NCBI GenBank assembly: GCA_045546995.1
Contig: JAZQDW010000008.1
Location: 131,253 to 195,252 of the forward strand
Direction of reading: 5' to 3'
Source: Eubacteriales bacterium
GTDB lineage: Bacteria; Bacillota; Clostridia; Oscillospirales; QAKW01
Length of the DNA stretch: 64,000 nt
Within the stretch, counting starts at the first letter, position 1. Each line of letters starts with the position of its first letter. Positions 1-9,439 of the stretch are shown here, piece after piece. The notes under the pieces were generated by a model that saw only the letters and a program-made list of their open reading frames with translations, searched no databases and was not told where the DNA came from. A program made the position numbers and the translations under genes.

Positions 1-1
1 T

Positions 2-97
2 GATTTTAAGGCGCCGACTGATTGCATAGGGAAAATTGTTGACGTCGAGATTACAAAGGCTAAAACGTGGTTTTTACAAGGTGAAATGAAAGGATGA
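2..97 (+). CDS. miaB: 3' end of a gene entering from the left edge; the tail resembles the TRAM-domain C-terminus of tRNA methylthiotransferase MiaB (partial)
   Basis: An open frame from base 2 to TGA at 95-97 translates to DFKAPTDCIGKIVDVEITKAKTWFLQGEMKG. The G-x-x-V-x-V-x-I...L-x-G pattern is typical of MiaB ends. Its position upstream of a ymcA-like gene and mutS matches the Bacillus ymcB(miaB)-ymcA-...-mutS order. Only 31 codons are visible. Confidence 0.45.
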   Translation, partial: DFKAPTDCIGKIVDVEITKAKTWFLQGEMKG

Positions 98-103
98 TTT
101 GAC

Positions 104-493
104 ATGGAAAAGATTATTGAAAAAGCAAAAGAATTAGGCGCATTGATTGAGCAAAGTGAAATTATTCAAAAACAACGCGCTGCAAAAAAAGAGTTTGACA
201 CAAATGCCGAACTTCAAGAATTGATTGGTGCGTTTAATATGGCAAAGCTTGCCTTGATGAATGAATCCAATAAGGACAAGCCCGATGCCGAAAAAACCGA
301 GCAACTTCGTCTCCAGACTACCGAAGCCTACGAAAAAGTGATGCAGCATCCCGTGATGCAACAGCTCAATGATGCGGAGATTACCCTGGAAGGCTTACTC
401 AATCAGATCAACGGCATCTTGCAGCAAAGTGTCACCGGTGAGGAACCCGGCGGCTGTACCCATAATTGCGCCACTTGTAGCGGCTGTCACTAA
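104..493 (+). CDS. YlbF/YmcA (RicA/RicF-like, DUF963) family regulator with a Cys-rich C-terminal tail
   Basis: 129-aa helical protein (MEKIIEKAKELGALIEQSEIIQKQRAAKKEF...) typical of the YheA/YmcA/YlbF family. It sits between miaB and mutS, as ymcA does in B. subtilis. It ends in GGCTHNCATCSGCH. Confidence 0.7.
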   Translation: MEKIIEKAKELGALIEQSEIIQKQRAAKKEFDTNAELQELIGAFNMAKLALMNESNKDKPDAEKTEQLRLQTTEAYEKVMQHPVMQQLNDAEITLEGLLNQINGILQQSVTGEEPGGCTHNCATCSGCH

Positions 494-517
494 GTTATAA
501 AGAAACGGAGAAAAACG

Positions 518-3121
518 ATGGCAAAATTATCGCCATTAATGCAACAGTTCTTTAGTATAAAAGAACAATATAACGATTATATTTTGATGTTTCGTGTGGG
601 CGATTTTTATGAAATGTTTTACGATGACGCTCATACAGTCTCTAAAGAATTGGATTTAACGTTGACCGGAAAGAATTGTGGACAGGAAACACGTGCGCCG
701 ATGTGCGGCGTTCCGTTTCACAGTTGTGATACCTATATTGCCAGATTGGTACAAAAGGGGTATAAGGTTGCTATTTGTGAACAGGTTACGGATCCTGCCA
801 CGTCGAAAGGTTTAGTCGAGCGTGAGGTCGTTCGCGTTATTACACCCGGTACCGTTTCGGACGGCGGAATGTTGCCCGAGGACAGAAATAACTTTCTGTG
901 CAGCATCGTTGAAATTAAGGGGCAGGGAAGTGTCTGCTTTGCTGACATTTCCACCGGTGAAATACATATGACCTTTTTTGATAATGATTTTGAAAATCTG
1001 GTCTGTAATGAACTGTGTAAATTTATGCCCAGTGAGGTGCTCGCGGACAACGATCTTTTAATTCGTTATCCAAAGGTGAAGGAGTATATTTCAGCAAAAA
1101 TCGGCGCTTTGATCACTACGATGGATCAATTGGAGCCGGAGGATATGGCTGGGTCGATTTGTCAACATTTCGGCGTCACCTCCGTGCAGCAAATCGGGCT
1201 GGAAGAACGGCAAGATCAGCTGTATTGTCTGTTTTATTTGCTCTTTTACATTAAGCAGACGCAAAAATGCAATATCGAGTATTTGGATCATATTGAGGTT
1301 TATTCCAACAAGCAGTTTATGCAGCTTGATATTACGGCAAGACGCAATCTGGAACTTGTGGAAGGAATGCGTACCGGCGATTATAAAGGTTCGCTGTTTT
1401 CTGTCATTAATAAAACAAAATCTGCAATGGGTAAACGAATGCTCATTTCTTTTCTGGAGCGTCCTTTGTTATCTGTTGTGGAGATCAATCGTCGTCTTGA
1501 TGCCGTTGAAAATTTGAACTTGGAGCCGATGCTCCGTGAGCAAATTCAACAACAGTTGTATAAGATTTATGATTTGGAGCGATTGATCACACGCGTTATG
1601 TATCGTCGAGCAAACCCGAAGGATTTGATCGCACTTAAGCAAACGTTTGAGACCTTGCCGCAGATCCGCGCGGCAATTGCCGATTTTCCGGCGAAGAGAT
1701 TACGGCATATTTATCAAACAATCGATGAAATGCAGGATCTTTTTACGTTAATTGATCGTGCCATTGATGAGGGCGCTTCAACGGTCATGCGTGACGGCGG
1801 TTATATCAAAGCAGGTTATGATGCAACGTTGGACGAATATACAGTATTGCTAAACGATAATTCTTCGGTAATTGGACAAATGCAGGAGAAGGAACGAGAG
1901 CGTACCGGTATCAAAAATCTTAAGATCAGCTATAACCGTGTTTTTGGTTACTATATTGAAGTTACCAGAGCGTACTTCGATAAAATTCCCGAAGATTATA
2001 TTCGCAAACAAACGTTGACGGACAAAGAGCGTATGATTACGCCGGAACTTAAGGAACTGGAGTACAAAATTTTGTCTGCAAAGGACAAAAAAATCGTACT
2101 GGAACAGCAATTGTTTGATGCATTGCTGGACAAAATTGCCGAAAGCTATTATCGCATTCGTACAACCGCTGCGGCCTTGGCAGAATTGGATGTTTTTTGT
2201 TCGTTTTCTCAAATTTCGACCGAGCAAAATTTTGTAAAGCCCGACTTGACCGAAGGAGAAGAACTGTGTATTACAGAGGGGCGTCATCCGGTGGTAGAAC
2301 ACCATTTGAAGGATTCGTTATTTGTGCCCAACGATATTGATCTAAATGCCTCTGACCGTCGTATTATGATTATTACCGGACCCAATATGGGCGGTAAATC
2401 CACTTATATGCGGCAGGTCGCCATTATTACCGTTATGGCGCAGATCGGTTGTTTTGTTCCTGCTAAAAGCGCCACGATCGGCATTGTAGATAAAATTTTT
2501 ACGCGTGTCGGCGCATCGGATGATCTTTCCTCCGGCGAATCTACGTTTATGGTTGAAATGAAGGAAGTGGCGTATATTATGAACAATGCCACTCCGAAAA
2601 GTTTGCTGATTCTGGATGAAATCGGTCGTGGAACCTCTACACTGGATGGTATGAGCATAGCACAGGCCGTGCTTGAATATTTGTCGCAAAAGAAATCCTT
2701 GCGCGCAAAGACCTTGTTTGCGACGCATTACCACGAACTGTGCGCTTTGGATAAGGTGCTCCCCGGTGTGGTGAATTTCAACGTTACCGTTAAAAAACGT
2801 GGGGAACAAGTGATTTTTCTTAAAAAAATCGTTCCCGGCGGAGCCGATAACAGTTATGGCCTGGAGGTTGCCGCTTTGGCGGGTATTCCCAAGCAGGTTG
2901 TTTCACGGGCGAGAGAAATTTTGGATACCTTATCTGTTGACCATCCAAAAACAACCGTTGAGGAATTACCGCAAAAGGATGATGAGCAGATTTCTCTGAT
3001 GGACTTTTCTGCTCAGGAGATTTGTGAAGAATTGAAAATGATGGACGTCAGCACGTTGACCCCCATTGAAGCAATTTCGAAATTGTATGAATTATCCAAT
3101 AAAGCAAAGCAAAACGGATAA
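518..3121 (+). CDS. mutS: DNA mismatch repair protein MutS
   Basis: 867 aa. Has the N-terminal mismatch-binding motif (FYEMFYDDA), Walker A (GPNMGGKST) and the MutS signature (STFMVEM...DEIGRGTST). Confidence 0.97.
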   Translation: MAKLSPLMQQFFSIKEQYNDYILMFRVGDFYEMFYDDAHTVSKELDLTLTGKNCGQETRAPMCGVPFHSCDTYIARLVQKGYKVAICEQVTDPATSKGLVEREVVRVITPGTVSDGGMLPEDRNNFLCSIVEIKGQGSVCFADISTGEIHMTFFDNDFENLVCNELCKFMPSEVLADNDLLIRYPKVKEYISAKIGALITTMDQLEPEDMAGSICQHFGVTSVQQIGLEERQDQLYCLFYLLFYIKQTQKCNIEYLDHIEVYSNKQFMQLDITARRNLELVEGMRTGDYKGSLFSVINKTKSAMGKRMLISFLERPLLSVVEINRRLDAVENLNLEPMLREQIQQQLYKIYDLERLITRVMYRRANPKDLIALKQTFETLPQIRAAIADFPAKRLRHIYQTIDEMQDLFTLIDRAIDEGASTVMRDGGYIKAGYDATLDEYTVLLNDNSSVIGQMQEKERERTGIKNLKISYNRVFGYYIEVTRAYFDKIPEDYIRKQTLTDKERMITPELKELEYKILSAKDKKIVLEQQLFDALLDKIAESYYRIRTTAAALAELDVFCSFSQISTEQNFVKPDLTEGEELCITEGRHPVVEHHLKDSLFVPNDIDLNASDRRIMIITGPNMGGKSTYMRQVAIITVMAQIGCFVPAKSATIGIVDKIFTRVGASDDLSSGESTFMVEMKEVAYIMNNATPKSLLILDEIGRGTSTLDGMSIAQAVLEYLSQKKSLRAKTLFATHYHELCALDKVLPGVVNFNVTVKKRGEQVIFLKKIVPGGADNSYGLEVAALAGIPKQVVSRAREILDTLSVDHPKTTVEELPQKDDEQISLMDFSAQEICEELKMMDVSTLTPIEAISKLYELSNKAKQNG

Positions 3122-3135
3122 AAGGAGAGTATAAG

Positions 3136-5076
3136 TTGAAAGTTAAGGTTTTGCCATCTTCTTTGGCAGATAAAATTGCAGCAGGTGAGGTGGTGGAGCG
3201 CCCCGCTTCGGTTGTGAAAGAATTGGTTGAAAACGCACTGGATGCCGGCGCAGAGAATATATCCGTAGAAATCAAGCGCGGCGGTGTTACCTTTATTCGT
3301 GTTACGGATGATGGTTGCGGTATGAGACCTGAAGATGCAAAAACCGCGTTTTTACGGCATGCAACCAGCAAGATTGCCGAGGTGGACGATCTAAACAATA
3401 TCGCCACTTACGGCTTTCGCGGTGAGGCCTTGGCTGCAATTTGTGCGGTTTCCAAAGTGGAATTGATCACGTCGACCGATTCGGCCCAAACTGCATTTTA
3501 TTTGATGTTGGAAGGTGGAGAAATTACGCAAGAAGATGAGATCGGCGCACCGGTAGGTACCTCTATTATTGTTCGGGATCTTTTTTATAACACTCCGGCT
3601 CGTTTGCATTTCTTAAAAAAAGATTCTACAGAGGCAGCCGCGGTAACGACTATGCTTGAAAGAATGGCTATCGCTCGTCATGACGTTTCTTTTACGCTGA
3701 TTTCCGATCAAAAAGTAGTATTGCGTACCACGAAAAGCGACGATATGAAAAATGCCATTCACGCGGTATTTGGGTCCACGATTTCCGATTCATTGCTGAA
3801 GGTTTCTTTTGAATATAAGGATACACGACTGGACGGATACGTTTGCAAACCGAACGTAACTCGATCTAATCGCAATATGCAAATGACTTTTCTGAATGGC
3901 CGTTACATAAAATCAAAACTGATTTATCACGGAATTGACGAGGCGTACCGTTCTTTTCAGGAAACAAGTAAACGACCGGTCTGTTTTTTGAATTATACTG
4001 TCAATCCACAGGAGGTGGACGTTAACGTTCATCCTGCAAAGCTTGAGGTTAAGTTTCGTGACGATAAAACAATCATTGTTTTGACTAAATACGGTGTTTT
4101 GGATGCTTTGGAAGCCGATACACCGTTTTATGAGGTTTCGGATGCTGCGTCGACACCATCGGCAGACGATGTGAAAAGTGACGGATATTCGGCAGACCGT
4201 TTTGAGTATGGTTTGGCTGAAAAATCCAAAGATTTGCCGATTTATGATGCGCCGCCTCCGCCCAAGCCTATGCTTGGAATTTATGATTCTTCCGGAGCTT
4301 TTTATATACCGGATCCTCCGGGAATTGAAGATACCTTTGAGGCCTTTGCGATCGAGATTGATTCCGAGGATGAGCAAGAAGATTTGTTTTCGGCTCAATT
4401 CACCTCAGAAACGATTCCTGCTACCGCAAAGGAGTCGCCGATCGAATCGCCGTCGTACGAACTTGCGCAATTTGAAGATCTTTCGCAAGAGGGAATACCG
4501 CAAGATATGCGTATTCTGGGTGAAATTTTTAAGGTTTACTTTGTGATTGAATATCGTGACGTTTTATATTTGGTAGATAAGCATGCGGCGCACGAGAAGA
4601 TCATTTATAATAAACTCGTACAGGAAATGCTGGAAAATAACAATGTTTCTGCGCAAACCTTGCTCTCACCGATTGTAATCGTTTTGCCGGCCGAGGATCT
4701 TGATTTGGTTTTAAATCATGCGATTTCATTTTATAAGGCCGGATTTGATTTTTACGAAAGCGGTCCGGATCGTATTTCTTTGTCGGCCGTTCCTACCGTG
4801 TTGCCGGGGGTTGGATATACAGAGGCGTTCCTTGATTTGCTGGAAGCCATTCGTAAGAATAAAAGCGGCATTACGGATTATCAGGAAAAAATGCTGAAAA
4901 TCATTGCCTGCCGCGCGGCGATCAAGGGTGGAGACGAGTGTTATGTCGAAGAAATTTTACCGTTAGTGTCCAAACTGATTACGGAAAAGGACGTAAGCTA
5001 TTGTCCTCATGGACGGCCGGTGATTCAATCTTTTACCCATAAAGAAATTGATAAAATGTTTAAGAGGATCAAATAA
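3136..5076 (+). CDS. mutL: DNA mismatch repair endonuclease MutL
   Basis: TTG start 6 nt after AAAGGAGAG. Has GHKL ATPase motifs (ELVENALDAG, DDGCGM) and the C-terminal DKHAAHEKI and CPHGRP motifs. Confidence 0.96.
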   Translation: MKVKVLPSSLADKIAAGEVVERPASVVKELVENALDAGAENISVEIKRGGVTFIRVTDDGCGMRPEDAKTAFLRHATSKIAEVDDLNNIATYGFRGEALAAICAVSKVELITSTDSAQTAFYLMLEGGEITQEDEIGAPVGTSIIVRDLFYNTPARLHFLKKDSTEAAAVTTMLERMAIARHDVSFTLISDQKVVLRTTKSDDMKNAIHAVFGSTISDSLLKVSFEYKDTRLDGYVCKPNVTRSNRNMQMTFLNGRYIKSKLIYHGIDEAYRSFQETSKRPVCFLNYTVNPQEVDVNVHPAKLEVKFRDDKTIIVLTKYGVLDALEADTPFYEVSDAASTPSADDVKSDGYSADRFEYGLAEKSKDLPIYDAPPPPKPMLGIYDSSGAFYIPDPPGIEDTFEAFAIEIDSEDEQEDLFSAQFTSETIPATAKESPIESPSYELAQFEDLSQEGIPQDMRILGEIFKVYFVIEYRDVLYLVDKHAAHEKIIYNKLVQEMLENNNVSAQTLLSPIVIVLPAEDLDLVLNHAISFYKAGFDFYESGPDRISLSAVPTVLPGVGYTEAFLDLLEAIRKNKSGITDYQEKMLKIIACRAAIKGGDECYVEEILPLVSKLITEKDVSYCPHGRPVIQSFTHKEIDKMFKRIK

Positions 5077-6002
5077 TGAGCAAGATCATTTCTGTGGTAG
5101 GCCCCACGGCGTCAGGGAAAACGGGACTTTCTGTTTCGCTGGCGTTGCATTATAATGCTGAGATCGTTTCGGTTGATTCAATGCAGATTTATAAGAATAT
5201 GAATATCGGGACTGCCAAGGTTTCTGCGGATGAAATGCGCGGCGTACCACACCATATGATCGATTGCTTTGAACCTTTTGAGAACTGTAGCGTACAAAAG
5301 TTTATTTCCATGGCACGGGCTTGTGTTGATGAAATAACCGGTAGAGGAGTAAATTGTGTTTTGGCAGGTGGCACTGGCTTGTATGTTGATCATTTGCTAC
5401 AGGATACACGATTTGTTGAAATGCCGGCTGACGAAGAATTGCGCTGTAAATTGAATGCATTGAGTAGCGCAGAGTTATTCGAAAAGCTGCAGGAAATCGA
5501 TCCTGCGGTGGCGGCACGATTACACGTGAATGATAAGAAACGTATCGTTCGCTCTTTAGAGGTTTACAGATTAACAGGTAAAAGTATTTTGCATTGGGAA
5601 GAGCAAAGCCATGTTGGCAGCAACCCGTTGCCGGCAATTATGATCGGATTACAATATAAAGATCGTAACTTGCTTTATGATCGCATTAATACGCGGGTTG
5701 ACAAAATGATGTCTGACGGTCTGCTGGATGAGGTTTCTCGGCTGATGCAAACAGACGGATTTCTCGCCTCTACTGCGGCAGCGGCGATCGGATATAGAGA
5801 ATTGATTGCTCACCTTAGGGGTGAACTGGCACTGTCTGAAGCGATCGATCTGATCAAGCAAAATACTCGCCGTTATGCCAAGCGGCAGATCACCTGGTTT
5901 AAACGAAATTCACACATATCGTGGATTGAGATTGATGAGAATATGACGAGTGTTGACGTTTTCAATCAATCGGTTGAAATTGTAGAAAGGAATGAAAAAT
6001 GA
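5076..6002 (+). CDS. miaA: tRNA dimethylallyltransferase MiaA
   Basis: P-loop GPTASGKT, DSMQIYK motif, 308 aa. The start overlaps the mutL stop. Confidence 0.95.
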   Translation: MSKIISVVGPTASGKTGLSVSLALHYNAEIVSVDSMQIYKNMNIGTAKVSADEMRGVPHHMIDCFEPFENCSVQKFISMARACVDEITGRGVNCVLAGGTGLYVDHLLQDTRFVEMPADEELRCKLNALSSAELFEKLQEIDPAVAARLHVNDKKRIVRSLEVYRLTGKSILHWEEQSHVGSNPLPAIMIGLQYKDRNLLYDRINTRVDKMMSDGLLDEVSRLMQTDGFLASTAAAAIGYRELIAHLRGELALSEAIDLIKQNTRRYAKRQITWFKRNSHISWIEIDENMTSVDVFNQSVEIVERNEK

Positions 6003-7210
6003 ATCAGTCACGTAAATGGGTCAATGCATCGATTATCGGTGTATTATTGGTCCTGCTGTTTTTGTTTATATTTCAAATATACAATTATTTTTTCCTTACG
6101 TTAAAAACAGAGTATGCCATTGTCGGCACCATTGAAGATGAATTTGATGTTAAAGGTATCGTTTGTCGTGATGAACACGTTTTGGCCGGCTCATCCGGCG
6201 GTTATCATGATATCGTGTTAAAAGATGGTGAAAAAGTGTCCAAGGGTGGCACCATTGCCAATATTTATAATAGCGAATCGGACGTAAAGGCGCAGGAGAA
6301 GGTTCGTTTGCTACAGGCTGAAATCGATGAATATACGGCTGCGTTTTCTTCAAGAACATCATACAGCGGCGACAATTCTGCGTATGAACAAAGCATACAG
6401 AGCGCGCTTTCGAATTATGCCGGTGCGTTGAATCAAAACGATGCATTTGCTGCGCAAGAGGCACTGAAATCTTTCGAAAAAGGTGTTTTTGTTAAGGAAA
6501 TCGTCACGGGCGACGTAGTTGACTATCAACAGGAAATTCAGCGTCTTCGCGGCGAAATTTCGGAACTGCAGGCGGAGATTTCCGGCACGGTCAACAAAAT
6601 GACTGCCGACGGTTCCGGTTACTACAGCCGCAACGTTGACGGTTTTGAAGGTGAAATCTCACCTCAGATGCTGTCGAATTTTACAATTGCACAGTATAAT
6701 GAATTATCACAACAAATCAAGAACGGGCAACCGGAAATAAAAGATAACATTGGTAAAATTGTCTCGGGATACAATTGGAATTATTATTTTATTGTGCCCT
6801 CGTCTCTTGTCAAAAACTATAAAGTCGGACAAAAAATCACCTTCAAATTTCCGTCGGTTACCGAAGATAAGGTGAACGGAACCATTCAATCGCTGAAGAT
6901 CGAAGGGGATAATGCATTGATCGGTGTTTCCTGTGCGGCGGTTCATTCCGATTTTCTGTCTGTTCGAACGTTAGAGGGTTTTGTTGTTACACGCTCCTAT
7001 GATGGATTGCGTGTTGATAAGAACGCCTTGCGTATGGTTGACGGAAAAAGCGGCGTATACGTTAAAGTCGGTCAGATCATTCGATTTAAACAGGCGGAGG
7101 TTTTGTATTCCGGCACCAGTTATGCACTTCTTGACCCTAATGGAGAGGTCGATAATTTTGATGAAGTGATTATTGGCGGCAGAAATCTTTATGATGGTAA
7201 GGCGGTATAG
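5999..7210 (+). CDS. Membrane-anchored coiled-coil protein, HlyD-like (membrane-fusion/adaptor-type fold); function unknown
   Basis: One N-terminal TM helix (ASIIGVLLVLLFLFIF). Lipoyl-like hairpin segments (LKDGEKVSKGGTIANIY; MTADGSGYYS). Central coiled coil (QQEIQRLRGEISELQAEISG). ATGA overlap with miaA. No pump gene is adjacent. Confidence 0.5.
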   Translation: MNQSRKWVNASIIGVLLVLLFLFIFQIYNYFFLTLKTEYAIVGTIEDEFDVKGIVCRDEHVLAGSSGGYHDIVLKDGEKVSKGGTIANIYNSESDVKAQEKVRLLQAEIDEYTAAFSSRTSYSGDNSAYEQSIQSALSNYAGALNQNDAFAAQEALKSFEKGVFVKEIVTGDVVDYQQEIQRLRGEISELQAEISGTVNKMTADGSGYYSRNVDGFEGEISPQMLSNFTIAQYNELSQQIKNGQPEIKDNIGKIVSGYNWNYYFIVPSSLVKNYKVGQKITFKFPSVTEDKVNGTIQSLKIEGDNALIGVSCAAVHSDFLSVRTLEGFVVTRSYDGLRVDKNALRMVDGKSGVYVKVGQIIRFKQAEVLYSGTSYALLDPNGEVDNFDEVIIGGRNLYDGKAV

Positions 7211-7221
7211 TCGGAGGAAAT

Positions 7222-7896
7222 ATGAGAGACGTTTTACTTGACAATTTGGAAATGATCCGCAGTAAAATTGACGAAAAAACAGTTACTTTACTGGCAGTTA
7301 CCAAAACGGTTCCTGTGGAAAGGATCAACACTGCGATTGTGGAGGGCGGCGTTCGTTGTATCGGCGAAAACCGCGTTCAGGAATTGCTGCAAAAATATGA
7401 TCATCTTGCTATGCGGGATGAGATCGACGTACATTTGATCGGCTCATTGCAGACCAATAAAGTGAAATATATCATTGATAAGGTGGATTTGATTCAGTCT
7501 GTTGATTCAACCCGATTGATCGATGAGATACAAAAGCAAGCAGCCAAAATCGGGAAGGTACAAAAAATTCTGATTGAGATCAATATAGGCGGGGAAGAGA
7601 GCAAGGGTGGAATTACGCCGGCTGAGTTGCCGGAGATTTTATTCTATCTCGAAAAATGTCCTAACGTTTTGTGTAGGGGACTGATGTGTATTCCGCCGAT
7701 TTGTGAGGATGAGGCCGTGCTTTCGTCGTATTTTCAGAGTATGCAAAAATTATTGGTTGACAATATGGCAAAAAAGTTAGATAATATAAATGATTATATA
7801 CTATCAATGGGCATGTCGGGCGATTTTGAAGTTGCTGTAAAAAACGGAAGCAATATGGTTCGCATCGGTAGCGCATTGTTCGGAAAGAGAAAATAA
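7222..7896 (+). CDS. yggS: YggS/YlmE family pyridoxal-phosphate homeostasis protein
   Basis: 224 aa. PLP-lysine context LLAVTKTV and the C-terminal MVRIGSALFG motif. Sits at the head of the sepF-yggT-ylmH-divIVA cluster. Confidence 0.9.
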   Translation: MRDVLLDNLEMIRSKIDEKTVTLLAVTKTVPVERINTAIVEGGVRCIGENRVQELLQKYDHLAMRDEIDVHLIGSLQTNKVKYIIDKVDLIQSVDSTRLIDEIQKQAAKIGKVQKILIEINIGGEESKGGITPAELPEILFYLEKCPNVLCRGLMCIPPICEDEAVLSSYFQSMQKLLVDNMAKKLDNINDYILSMGMSGDFEVAVKNGSNMVRIGSALFGKRK

Positions 7897-7912
7897 TATT
7901 GGAGGTATCACT

Positions 7913-8446
7913 ATGGATTGGTGGTCAAAACTCAAAAGAATTATGGGCGTTCCTGAAGATGAATTCGCTGTAGACGATGAGGTACAGGGCGCTTTTGATG
8001 AACAAGAAGGTGAATCTTATACTACGGACAAGGATGGTTATCGACCGTCTTATTCATCTTATGGCCGTCGTGAAACGCCAAAACGAGAGCCTGCCCGACG
8101 CGAGTCAAGAAACGAAGGCAGACGCGAATCTCGTAAAGGCTCCCGCGATGAACGTTACGTTAATATGACGGCGCAGCTGCAGGTGATCCTCGTTAAGCCC
8201 GAAGATTTTTCTGAGTCGCCGCAGATTGCCGATCATTTGATCAATCGCAAAACTGTTTTGCTCAACGTTGAGGGCGTTGATCGTGATACGGTACGCCGTA
8301 TGGTGGATTTTCTCAGTGGTGTTGCGTACGGTCAAGGCGGCGCTTTAAAGCGCGTTGCCAATGCAACCTTTATTATCACGCCCTATGACGTTAACATTAT
8401 GGGCGACGTGCTGGACGAACTTAAAATGGATAGAGCGTTCTTTTGA
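7913..8446 (+). CDS. sepF: Cell division protein SepF
   Basis: Conserved C-terminal SepF domain (VILVKPEDFSESPQIADHLINRKTVLLNVEGVD...FLSGVAYG). Synteny with ylmE/ylmG/ylmH/divIVA. Confidence 0.9.
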   Translation: MDWWSKLKRIMGVPEDEFAVDDEVQGAFDEQEGESYTTDKDGYRPSYSSYGRRETPKREPARRESRNEGRRESRKGSRDERYVNMTAQLQVILVKPEDFSESPQIADHLINRKTVLLNVEGVDRDTVRRMVDFLSGVAYGQGGALKRVANATFIITPYDVNIMGDVLDELKMDRAFF

Positions 8447-8685
8447 TGATTGAGATATTATATTGGGTCGGCCGTGTTGTACAAGTGACTTTGTTTTTGT
8501 ATTGTCTACTGTCGTGGTTTCCGGCTTTGTCCGGATCCCGTTTGCAGGAAATACTGTCTAAAATTTGTGATCCTGTACTTGATCCGATCAGAAAGTTGTT
8601 GTATAAAATTCCTTTTTTTCAATCCTGTCCAATTGATTTGTCGCCTCTTTTGCTGGGGATGCTGGTGTCGTTTCTGTTGCCATAA
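8443..8685 (+). CDS. YggT (YlmG) family membrane protein
   Basis: 80 aa, two TM helices, motif LSWF...DPVLDPIRK...IDLSPLL. ATGA overlap with sepF. Confidence 0.8.
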   Translation: MMIEILYWVGRVVQVTLFLYCLLSWFPALSGSRLQEILSKICDPVLDPIRKLLYKIPFFQSCPIDLSPLLLGMLVSFLLP

Positions 8686-8696
8686 GAGGAGGAGAT

Positions 8697-9422
8697 ATGT
8701 TTCTTTCGGTTATTGAGGATAAAATTGCTGCTTACTATGTGGACGAATGCGACCAGATTACTGACTTTTTGACGCTTGAAGAAGCATCGGAGGCTCAAAA
8801 ATTGCTGTCTCAATCCGGCCTTTCCTTCTATTTATGGGGCGGATACGAGAATGCGGAGCGGCGAATTCTCTGTATTGGCGAAACGAGAAACTTGGCTGAT
8901 TGTTCGATCGTAATTTTATGCGGAAATTGGGATAGATTCGGCGAAATATCGCATCGTGACATACTGGGCGGTATTATGTCGAGCGGTATTCAACGGAAAT
9001 GCATCGGAGATATTCTGGTGGATTCTGCCAAAAGATGCTTTTATCTGTTTGCTGTTAAGCGCATGGCGGATTATTTGATCGATTCGGTGGATCGAATCGG
9101 AAAATGCAGCATTGAATGGTCTTTTGTGGATGATCTTTCCGCCATTCCTACTGAGTTGGCGGAAGAAAAGAAGATCTCGGTATCTTCTCTTAGGATTGAT
9201 GCGATGATTGCGGCAATTTGGAATCTGTCAAGACAGCAGGCGCAGGATATGATCGATGCCAAACTTGTGTATGTAGATCATGTTTTGGTCACAAAAGCAA
9301 CGCAAATTTTGCGTGTTGGATGTTCCATTGTTTGCCGTGGCAAGGGAAAGGCTGTGTTTTTGGATGAATGTGGTTTATCCAAAAAAGGCAGGACATATAT
9401 ATTAATAAAACAATTTAAATAA
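8697..9422 (+). CDS. ylmH: YlmH-like RNA-binding S4-domain protein
   Basis: 241 aa. C-terminal S4 domain (LRIDAMIAAIWNLSRQQAQDMIDAKLVYVDHVLV). Conserved position before divIVA. Confidence 0.8.
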   Translation: MFLSVIEDKIAAYYVDECDQITDFLTLEEASEAQKLLSQSGLSFYLWGGYENAERRILCIGETRNLADCSIVILCGNWDRFGEISHRDILGGIMSSGIQRKCIGDILVDSAKRCFYLFAVKRMADYLIDSVDRIGKCSIEWSFVDDLSAIPTELAEEKKISVSSLRIDAMIAAIWNLSRQQAQDMIDAKLVYVDHVLVTKATQILRVGCSIVCRGKGKAVFLDECGLSKKGRTYILIKQFK

Positions 9423-9439
9423 AAAAAGCGGAGGCATTT

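Noticed and set aside
5076-7210. The absence of hfq after mutS-mutL-miaA, considered as evidence of gene loss.
   Set aside because: Absence from one locus says nothing about the rest of the genome, and it cannot be evaluated from a 64-kb window. It is mentioned only as context for the HlyD-like gene.
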